Shown: positions 8,238 to 15,230 of the stretch, piece by piece
Numbering within the stretch: position 1 is the first letter of the stretch
Layout of the letters: each line of letters begins with the position of its first letter
Source of the DNA: a virus
Lineage: Duplodnaviria > Heunggongvirae > Uroviricota > Caudoviricetes
Direction: 5' to 3' (one strand)
DNA: 26,245 bases
IMG/VR virus record: IMGVR_UViG_3300005399_000003
Notes under the pieces: model-generated
Databases searched by the model: none
What the model saw: the letters and a program-made list of their open reading frames with translations, nothing else
Told to the model about the DNA's origin: nothing
Made by a program: the position numbers and the translations under genes

Positions 8238-9587
8238 ATGGCAGATACATTCTTGGAAATCTTCAATGGCACGTTGGATTTTACCAACATGTCCGATGAC
8301 AATGAGCATACCGTTTTAACAACGGATGCCAATACGGCCTATGTCATCAAGGATGTCTACGCGGCTCCAGAAGGAAAAACGGCAGTCCCTCTCGCATTGG
8401 AGGTCAATGGCTTCAACATTGGTGCTGTGCAGAACGCAACGGGGGCTGAAATTATTCCGCCAAACAGTGTCTTGAAAGTAACAGACCCCTCGCGGGGTTA
8501 TCCTCAGACCTGCGAGGAGATAATCCTTACATCATACACAGGCACATTCGACAGTGTTAAAAGAAGTTTCATTTCCGTGGACGGCGAAGCAAAGGAAATA
8601 AGCTCTGTATCGCAGAACATCGGGGGTAACTTCTCCGACGCCGCCCAAACATCGGCGCGCGTAAACGACAAGATCGTGACATCACCTGATGGTAGCATGG
8701 TCTGGCATATTTTGGATGATGGAAACAACGATACAGACTTGTATCAATACACGGCATCAGGTCGTCAACAGTATGCTGGAACAGAGAATCCCACAGCGGT
8801 GAATGATCGCTACGTCGCTAGAGTGGATAGTGATGATCTTTATCTGTCCGACTATGTAGCTGGTGAAATCGGTCTAATCCGCTATGCAGAGAAACACGGG
8901 AAGAACTCTTCGGCGAGCGCAGAGTTTGATAGTACACCTTGGGATGCGGGAAACTATAACCCGCAGCTCGCCCTGTCCCCAGGCGTAGAGCCATATGTCG
9001 CATATCGTTCGCGCGAAAACTCTTATGGCTGGGAGCTAATCATTCCCGGAAGGCAGGGGGATTTCAGTCATACATCCTTCGTATTTCCAGAGACCGTCAA
9101 CGATAACATCGAAGCCGGAGCGTTTTGCTGTAAACCCGAAGGATCTGTGATTTACTTTGGGGGTAAGAATAACGCTGTCCTCACTATTTACAAAGCCATA
9201 AATGTCGCGCAAACGGACAGTTTGACACCTGCAATCGAACGGGTGATCGTCATAGATCAGACAGCAACGCCCGAAGAGTACCAGGGGCTTGCTGAGAATG
9301 ATTTCAAATTCGGCACTCCCGTGCCGCTTTCTCCAAATCGCCTCCTCGTCCCCCTCTCCGATGAGAGCAGCGGGCGTGTTCGGTATTACTCTTACGATAT
9401 TACTTTGAACGTGTGGCGACTAATAGCTGATCTTGGAGAGGTAACGATTGCCAATACACGCAGTCGCCTCATGTCGGCATGCCAGGTAAACGTCGCCTCC
9501 AAAACAGAAAGCCAAATCAACGCTAATGAACCAGATCTTCTGGCGTCCACGCGCGTGCGCATGGTTGGTATAAAAGTTGAACAATAA
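8238..9587 (+). CDS. Fibre-associated protein, possible receptor-binding subunit
   Basis: Starts 3 nt after the fibre stop, with RBS GGAGG. 449 aa, beta-strand-rich, lower GC than its flanks. No recognisable catalytic motif. Confidence 0.5.
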   Translation: MADTFLEIFNGTLDFTNMSDDNEHTVLTTDANTAYVIKDVYAAPEGKTAVPLALEVNGFNIGAVQNATGAEIIPPNSVLKVTDPSRGYPQTCEEIILTSYTGTFDSVKRSFISVDGEAKEISSVSQNIGGNFSDAAQTSARVNDKIVTSPDGSMVWHILDDGNNDTDLYQYTASGRQQYAGTENPTAVNDRYVARVDSDDLYLSDYVAGEIGLIRYAEKHGKNSSASAEFDSTPWDAGNYNPQLALSPGVEPYVAYRSRENSYGWELIIPGRQGDFSHTSFVFPETVNDNIEAGAFCCKPEGSVIYFGGKNNAVLTIYKAINVAQTDSLTPAIERVIVIDQTATPEEYQGLAENDFKFGTPVPLSPNRLLVPLSDESSGRVRYYSYDITLNVWRLIADLGEVTIANTRSRLMSACQVNVASKTESQINANEPDLLASTRVRMVGIKVEQ

Positions 9588-9599
9588 GGAAACAAGAAA

Positions 9600-9881
9600 A
9601 TGCTAAACAGCACAGCAGCGACCGCGGGAGGGGCTAATCCCAAAACCATCTCCGCGTATGAGCCTGAAAGCAATTATGTTGTCATTTACAAAGTACCAAA
9701 TGGCCGAAAGTTCTCCGGGCATCTCCTTGCCGGTTCCACCAGTGCCGTCTCGTGGTTCGAGGTGAATAGGAAAACAATCAAGCTAGGTGTAGGGGCTACT
9801 GTGCCGGTATCACTATTCCCGGGAGATACGATAAGTGCCGCTAATAGCGGCGGTCTGGTTGGAGTTGAAACAGATGCCTAA
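9600..9881 (+). CDS. Small fibre-associated hypothetical protein
   Basis: RBS AAGGA. 93 aa, beta-type composition. Co-oriented within the fibre operon. Confidence 0.55.
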   Translation: MLNSTAATAGGANPKTISAYEPESNYVVIYKVPNGRKFSGHLLAGSTSAVSWFEVNRKTIKLGVGATVPVSLFPGDTISAANSGGLVGVETDA

Positions 9882-10341
9882 TATCACTGTGAAAAGCGAT
9901 CTTTCAGTTCATGTCCTGTCCGATGATGAAAGTCGAGAGTTCAGTCTTGCCGCATATGATCCTGAGACCCAAGAGCCTTTCCGATCAAAGCCAGAGGCCC
10001 TGGCATGCGCTAGACGACTGATGAAAGACTCTAGGGTCTGGCGACAAGTCGCGGCTTCGAAGCCAAAGATGCTTCGCCGCCTGTCGCCTGTGGAGTTCAA
10101 AATGGCATTCACCATCTCTGAGCGCGTAGAGATCGCTAATATTCGTGCGAGTGAAGCCCCGGAGGATGTCCAGGCTAAGCAGGTGCTTGATCTGTGGTAC
10201 GAGGTTCTTGACGACCCGCGCCTTACATTCGTTGATCTGAATCTCCCTTCAATCCAAGAAGGGTTGGATTTCCTTGAGACTATCGGCGTGCTAACCCCGG
10301 GGCGCAAGGAGACTATTATGGCAACCGAAAGCGCCGCTTGA
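9874..10341 (+). CDS. Putative fibre assembly/chaperone-type protein
   Basis: The start is placed at ATG 9874 (GGAG at 9861; overlaps the previous stop). The C-terminal helical segment RRLSPVEFKMAFTISERVEI…VDLNLPSIQEGLDFLETIGVLTPGRKETI resembles proteins found downstream of phage fibre genes. Confidence 0.55.
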   Translation: MPNITVKSDLSVHVLSDDESREFSLAAYDPETQEPFRSKPEALACARRLMKDSRVWRQVAASKPKMLRRLSPVEFKMAFTISERVEIANIRASEAPEDVQAKQVLDLWYEVLDDPRLTFVDLNLPSIQEGLDFLETIGVLTPGRKETIMATESAA

Positions 10342-10347
10342 TTTCAC

Positions 10348-10683
10348 ATGTTCACAAAAAGCGGCGAAGAATGGTTAGTCCTCAAGCCTATTGATTGGGG
10401 CTTGGGGCGCAAACATACCGAGCATCGGGTGACAGTCCCAAATGGCTTTCCGTTCGAAAGTAGTGTACCATGGTGGGCAACATGGTTTCTCGATCCTGAC
10501 GACCCTAATTTCCTGCTGGCGGCTGCTGTGCATGATTGGTTGCTGGAGAACGGATACCGCAGAGCCTTTGCGGACAGTCAGTGGTATGAAGCCGCCCTCT
10601 CTGTGAAAGCGCCGAAGTTCAAACGCGAGGTTGCATACACTCTCATGGTTATCCGTAGCAGATTTGTTGGCCTAAAGAAGTAA
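10348..10683 (+). CDS. DUF1353-like protein
   Basis: Motifs VTVPNGFPFESSVPW and LAAAVHDWL…RAFADSQW, characteristic of DUF1353, which is common beside phage tail genes. Confidence 0.8.
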   Translation: MFTKSGEEWLVLKPIDWGLGRKHTEHRVTVPNGFPFESSVPWWATWFLDPDDPNFLLAAAVHDWLLENGYRRAFADSQWYEAALSVKAPKFKREVAYTLMVIRSRFVGLKK

Positions 10684-10687
10684 GTCA

Positions 10688-13183
10688 GTGCTGGGTTTAT
10701 TCGTCATAAGCGGCGCCCCACTTGCGGACGATGGCGATCTTCCTGAGATCGAAACCTCCTTCTCTGTTCGGGAAGGGGGTTTTGACTTTGCGTCCATGAG
10801 TGCCGCCGTCGAAGTGACGGGTAGCCTCAGCCGTCGCGAGATCGGCAAGGACAGTGCAGTAGCCTCGGGCGAGATCGAAGCTGCGGTGCAGATGGCCCCG
10901 GCTGAGACGGGATGGGATGCCGCGCTCTTGAATGGCGAAGTCGAGATCGAAACCTCCCTCGATACCCGCGAGCTTGCCAAAGACAGCGCCAACATCTCGA
11001 CCAGCATGTCGGGCGAGGCGACTCTGCAAGTGCGCGAGGTAGGCAAGGATGATCTGACTTTTGCCGTTGGGGTTAATGTGGGCGCTTCTCTGAGCGCTTC
11101 GGGCGTTGGGGGCGACACTGGGTCAGCAAACGCAGCGGCGGGCATCAGCGGGGCGCTCAGCGCGTCTGAGAGTGCGTCCAAAGACGATTGGGCTGCAAGT
11201 GCGACTGTCGAGATCGAAACGACACTCAGCACCACGGAATTGACCAAAGACAGCGCGAATGCCGACACAGACATTCGGGTCGCGACTGTCTTCACCGCGG
11301 AGGGTAGCGGTAAGGACGATGTAGATGGCGTCGTCGAAATCGACATCATCTCGACCCTCCTCACGCAAGAGGGCGCGAAAGACATCGCGAGCCTGGTCGG
11401 TGCAATCGAAGTGCAGGGCGACTTGCAGGCGCAGAGCGCAGGTGGTGACGCTGTTCAGATCGACATCGGAGCGGGGGCGACCGCCGACTTCGCAATAATC
11501 GAGACAGGCGATGACGTCGGGCAGGGCGAGATGTCTGCCGAAATCAGCATCATTGCCGAGCTGCGCGATCAGGGCGCGGATAGCTACACGGGGCAGCTTC
11601 AAACCAGCGGTCTGATGGAGATGTTTGCCGCAGAGACAGGCACCGACACTGCTGCGGGGATTGCGGAGGTCGAAGTGACCTTTGATTTGCTCTCTGCGGA
11701 AGCAGTAGGGCTTGATGGCGCAGACGTAATGGTCGGCGCTGTAGCAGGGGCGGTGCTTGCCTCAACTGAGCAGGGCGTTGATGCTGCCGCCGGTACTGCG
11801 CGTGTTGAAGTCGAAGCAACACAGACTGCGGTTGAGCGTGAGGGCGACGATAGCGCCGCGGCAGATGCTGTGCTGCCGATCAAGGGCGCGATGAACCTGA
11901 GCGAGGTCTCCGTTGACGACTTTGAGGCTGATCTGAGCGTCAGTCTTGAGACGCTTGTATCGGCGCGCGAAGACGGGTTCGATGTGGCGCAAAGCCTTGT
12001 CGAGATCGAAGTTCAGTCCGATCTGGCAACACAAGAGGACTATAGCAGTGACAAAGCCTCGGGCCACGCGGGGGCTGTTGCCGGCGTTCGTCTGACCCTG
12101 AGTGAGACCTATGACCCTGACGTCCTAACGGCTGATGTTGAGGATTCGGTCTGCGAGGTCGAGTTTGACGTTCTTGAAAGCGGAGCTGATGTCGGCACGG
12201 GTGCGGTAAGCGTCGAGGTTAGTGCAGATCATGATCTGCGGGAAGAGGCGGGTAAAGACACAGCCCTGGCTCTCGTGCGCAGCGAAGTCACCGGGATGCT
12301 GGTCGCAGAGGGTCTGAACCCTGACATTGCAGATGGTGCCGCTGCTGTTGAGATCGCAGGTGACGTGCTTGCAGTCGAGATGGGTAAGGATACACTTGCG
12401 GCTGACATTGATCAGCTCGTCAAAGCCGCTGTTGAAGCGCGCGAAAGCGGCAAAGACCTGACCGATATTACAGTCAAGCCTGTGGTGCAGGCTGAGATTG
12501 AAGGGATCGAGTACGGCTACGAGACCGCCTCGGGAAGTGTCGGCGTTGCGATCGAAACTAGCCCATTTGCTCTGACCGAGAAGCCTGATCCCGACACCGC
12601 GCGCGCCGCAATAAGGGTTGAGGTCACAGGCAATGCAGGCACGCTCGAAGAGCCATACGGCCTCGACGGCATCGGCGTCATTGCAAGCACAGGTGTAGAG
12701 ACAAACCTCAAGGGCCGGGAGCATTCGAAAGACATCGCCGACATCGAGGCAATGATTGCAATCGACATCAATGTCGCAGCTCCAGAAGAAGTGGGGCTCG
12801 ATGGCGCGCAGGGTTCGGCTTCGATCGAGATCGAAACCGCCGTCGCAGCGGCCGAAGAGGGTGGTGACAGCGCGCAGGGCTTCGTGCAGGCGGGTATCAC
12901 CGCCTCGTTGATGGTCGAGGGCGCTACGCAGGACGATCTAAGCGCAGACGCCAATGTTATCGTGCTGTCGCGCTTCATCGCCCAAGAGCAGCCTGAGAAG
13001 GATAGATTCAGGGCTCTGATGCTCGACCTCGTGTCCCTGCACAAACGGGCCTATGTGATGCTGGGCGTGCCGGCCAAAGTGAACATCTTCGACGGCGAGC
13101 CTGTCAGTGTCGCGAACATCATCGGGCAGCCGCATGAGGCTGTGAACATCAATCGAAAGCCCGCTGCCGCGGGGAGTGGATAA
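10688..13183 (+). CDS. Large acidic repeat protein, probable virion filament/appendage component
   Basis: GTG start 4 nt after the previous stop. N-terminus MLGLFVISGAPLADDG. Very rich in Asp/Glu/Ala, with recurring E-x(2-4)-[GKP]-D turns separated by alternating-hydrophobic strands. Confidence 0.7.
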   Translation: MLGLFVISGAPLADDGDLPEIETSFSVREGGFDFASMSAAVEVTGSLSRREIGKDSAVASGEIEAAVQMAPAETGWDAALLNGEVEIETSLDTRELAKDSANISTSMSGEATLQVREVGKDDLTFAVGVNVGASLSASGVGGDTGSANAAAGISGALSASESASKDDWAASATVEIETTLSTTELTKDSANADTDIRVATVFTAEGSGKDDVDGVVEIDIISTLLTQEGAKDIASLVGAIEVQGDLQAQSAGGDAVQIDIGAGATADFAIIETGDDVGQGEMSAEISIIAELRDQGADSYTGQLQTSGLMEMFAAETGTDTAAGIAEVEVTFDLLSAEAVGLDGADVMVGAVAGAVLASTEQGVDAAAGTARVEVEATQTAVEREGDDSAAADAVLPIKGAMNLSEVSVDDFEADLSVSLETLVSAREDGFDVAQSLVEIEVQSDLATQEDYSSDKASGHAGAVAGVRLTLSETYDPDVLTADVEDSVCEVEFDVLESGADVGTGAVSVEVSADHDLREEAGKDTALALVRSEVTGMLVAEGLNPDIADGAAAVEIAGDVLAVEMGKDTLAADIDQLVKAAVEARESGKDLTDITVKPVVQAEIEGIEYGYETASGSVGVAIETSPFALTEKPDPDTARAAIRVEVTGNAGTLEEPYGLDGIGVIASTGVETNLKGREHSKDIADIEAMIAIDINVAAPEEVGLDGAQGSASIEIETAVAAAEEGGDSAQGFVQAGITASLMVEGATQDDLSADANVIVLSRFIAQEQPEKDRFRALMLDLVSLHKRAYVMLGVPAKVNIFDGEPVSVANIIGQPHEAVNINRKPAAAGSG
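10760..13010 (+). repeat. About 34 imperfect ~22-23-aa coding repeats
   Basis: Counted by eye: REGGFD, REIGKD, AETGWD, RELAKD, REVGKD … RESGKD, REHSKD, AEEGGD, QEQPEKD. Confidence 0.75.
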
Positions 13184-13192
13184 GAGGGCGAT

Positions 13193-13555
13193 ATGGCCAA
13201 GCAGTATAACATCGAAGATAGCCACAAGGGCGAGATGCTGGAGATTGTAATCGCCGTCAAAAACCCCGATGGCACTGTGATCGACGACCCCACGGGGCAG
13301 ACGATAACGATCACAGTCGGCCGCACGCCGAATGACAACAAGATCCTGGCCTTCAACAGCGCGGATGAGCAGGTCAACATTCTCAATGTCGATAAGGGCG
13401 AATGGTACATTAAGCTTACCGAAGAAGAGTTGGCTGGCTTGCAAGAAGACCGGGCGTATTACTACAACATCTGGTCACAAAGCGCAGCGGGCGCGCCTCG
13501 ACTACAAGCCTACGGCAGACTGAAACGAAAGCCTGCAATTCAGTACATGATCTAA
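13193..13555 (+). CDS. Small Ig-like/BppU-N-like structural protein
   Basis: RBS AGAGG. Pattern GEMLEIVIAVKNPDGTVIDDPTGQTITITV…GEWYIKLTEEELAGL…YYYNI resembles baseplate BppU N-terminal-type domains. Last gene before the terminator. Confidence 0.55.
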   Translation: MAKQYNIEDSHKGEMLEIVIAVKNPDGTVIDDPTGQTITITVGRTPNDNKILAFNSADEQVNILNVDKGEWYIKLTEEELAGLQEDRAYYYNIWSQSAAGAPRLQAYGRLKRKPAIQYMI

Positions 13556-13558
13556 GCC

Positions 13559-13582
13559 AAAGGCCGCGTAAGCGGCCTTTTT
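13559..13582 (+). terminator. Rho-independent terminator (possibly bidirectional)
   Basis: AAAGGCCGC-GTAA-GCGGCCTTT followed by TT, immediately after the stop at 13555. Confidence 0.88.
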
Positions 13583-13610
13583 GCTGTCAAGCACATTGTT
13601 CGGCTGCGAG

Positions 13611-13632
13611 TAAGTCAGCAATGAGTTACAAT
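13611..13632 (+). promoter_or_regulatory. Operator overlapping a -10-like element upstream of the replication operon
   Basis: TAAGTCA-GCAA-TGAGTTA (13611-13628), one mismatch from a perfect palindrome. Overlaps TACAAT (13627-13632). Confidence 0.65.
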
Positions 13633-13660
13633 TGTGCCATCAGTTCTGAAGGAGAATGGC

Positions 13661-14455
13661 ATGTCCTCACGCCGTCGTCGGGAAGCAGAAACCGCCCGCA
13701 AGATCGAAGCAGAGCAACTGGCGCGAAAGGATCAGCCTGTACGCCGAAAGAAGGCGAAACCACCCCTCAAACCGCAGACAGACGCGCAGGCCCATTACCT
13801 GAACTGCATCGAGAACTGCCGGATCACATTCGGCCTTGGCCCCGCAGGGGTTGGCAAGACATACTGCGCCGGACGGACTGCCGCCCGGATGCTCAAAGAG
13901 AAGACCGTCGAGAAGGTTGTTCTCTCCCGCCCCGCGGTAGAAGCAGGGCAACCGATGGGCTTCCTCCCGGGAGATGTCGATGAAAAGATGGCTCCCTACA
14001 TCGCTGCTTACGGCCCTGCCTTCACGGATGAGTTAGGCTCGGGCAGCTTTGAGTATTATACAAGTAATAGCATAATCGAAGTTGTACCTCTTAGTTTTAT
14101 GCAGGGCAGGAGCTGGGATGAACCAACGATCGTCCTTTTGGATGAGGCTCAGAACAGCACCATCTTCGAGATGAAGATGTTCCTCACAAGGCTCGGGAAG
14201 GGTGCCAAGCTGATCATCGACGGCGACCCTCGGCAAATCGCTCCAGCCCTCAATGGTCAGTCAGGACTGATTGACGGTCTAAAGCGCACCCGATACATTA
14301 AGGGGGTAGGGGTAGCACAGTTCACACATGAAGACATCGTTCGCGATCCGCTCGTGAAGGACATTCTGCTTGCCTATGGCGACTTTGAAGAGGGAACAGA
14401 AGTTGAAGCACATGATCTGCCGCAGTTCATCACTGGAGATCGACACGCGGGTTGA
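13661..14455 (+). CDS. phoH: PhoH-family ATPase
   Basis: The start is placed at ATG 13661 behind AGGAG. Walker A GPAGVGKT, plus SRPAVEAG, GFLPGDVDEKMAPY, LLDEAQN, FLTRLG, GDPRQ and DIVRDPLV. Confidence 0.93.
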   Translation: MSSRRRREAETARKIEAEQLARKDQPVRRKKAKPPLKPQTDAQAHYLNCIENCRITFGLGPAGVGKTYCAGRTAARMLKEKTVEKVVLSRPAVEAGQPMGFLPGDVDEKMAPYIAAYGPAFTDELGSGSFEYYTSNSIIEVVPLSFMQGRSWDEPTIVLLDEAQNSTIFEMKMFLTRLGKGAKLIIDGDPRQIAPALNGQSGLIDGLKRTRYIKGVGVAQFTHEDIVRDPLVKDILLAYGDFEEGTEVEAHDLPQFITGDRHAG

Positions 14456-15194
14456 GCACCTGGTCAAGCACTACGGGGAGTTCCAAGGGTCCGCTTTGGA
14501 CTTCCTGTCGCTTGAAGTTTACGTTTCAAGATACTGGACGAGAGAGCAAATTAAGATCGGCATCGAGCGCACGCAGCAGACGTGGTTCGACTATCGCATG
14601 ATCCATCCCGCGATGCGGGTTCTGCATTTTGCACATGAATATGCCCGCGCACGGGAGCGGGCTTTCCATCATCACTACGGGCGCTCAAAGGCCCAAAGCC
14701 CCGTGAATCCTTATAGCAAGCGCAGTTTGAGAAGCGGCTCCACTGCGTTGCTGATCAACACCATGCACATCGTTGATCAGATGAAGATGCCTTACCCGCT
14801 GTTCTTCGATGCGGTGATCGAGGCGCTTTTGCAAAAGCACGGCTATACGAAAGATTGGGACAGCACGGGCTGGGCCGCTGCCGCTGACGGGGTTCCGCTC
14901 TTGGGGCATATGCGCCACGGGCAGTCTGTCATTGCCGCTCAGCGGGCCTTTGAAGAGCGCTGCCGCACCCGTATGCCGCTGCCCAAGCATCCCAGCTACC
15001 GTATGAAGAACTGGGCCGGCACTCCTGCGCAAAAGGACTGCGTTGCGTGGTTCTGCTCAGAAGCAAAGCACCGGCGCGAGACAGAGCGCCCCTATGTTCT
15101 CAAGCGCATGATCGAGGATGACTTCCTCAATGAACGCGAAGTGCTCAGACGCTTCGGGGCCGATATGGTCAAGACAATTCGGGCTATCGTTTAG
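14412..15194 (+). CDS. Conserved phage hypothetical protein upstream of the helicase (start uncertain: 14370 or 14412)
   Basis: A long ORF filling the gap between phoH and the helicase. The motif TWFDYRMIHP recalls the gene preceding dnaB in SSU5/pHCM2-like elements (from memory, unverified). Confidence 0.7.
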   Translation: MICRSSSLEIDTRVEHLVKHYGEFQGSALDFLSLEVYVSRYWTREQIKIGIERTQQTWFDYRMIHPAMRVLHFAHEYARARERAFHHHYGRSKAQSPVNPYSKRSLRSGSTALLINTMHIVDQMKMPYPLFFDAVIEALLQKHGYTKDWDSTGWAAAADGVPLLGHMRHGQSVIAAQRAFEERCRTRMPLPKHPSYRMKNWAGTPAQKDCVAWFCSEAKHRRETERPYVLKRMIEDDFLNEREVLRRFGADMVKTIRAIV

Positions 15195-15203
15195 CCCAGA
15201 CTA

Positions 15204-15221
15204 CAAGTCAGCAGTGAATAA
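15204..15221 (+). promoter_or_regulatory. Palindromic operator just upstream of the helicase start
   Basis: CAAGTCA-GCAG-TGAATAA, ending 9 nt before ATG 15231. Confidence 0.65.
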
Positions 15222-15230
15222 AGGCGAGAC

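Noticed and set aside
4578-10683. Diversity-generating retroelement or invertible tail-fibre shufflon
   Set aside because: No reverse transcriptase, no adenine-specific TR/VR pair, no invertase and no inverted crossover sites were seen in the window.
14256-14275. GTCAGTCAGGACTGATTGAC palindrome inside phoH resembling the operator
   Set aside because: The half-site spacing differs from the N4 of the six intergenic copies and it lies within coding sequence. It may be chance.
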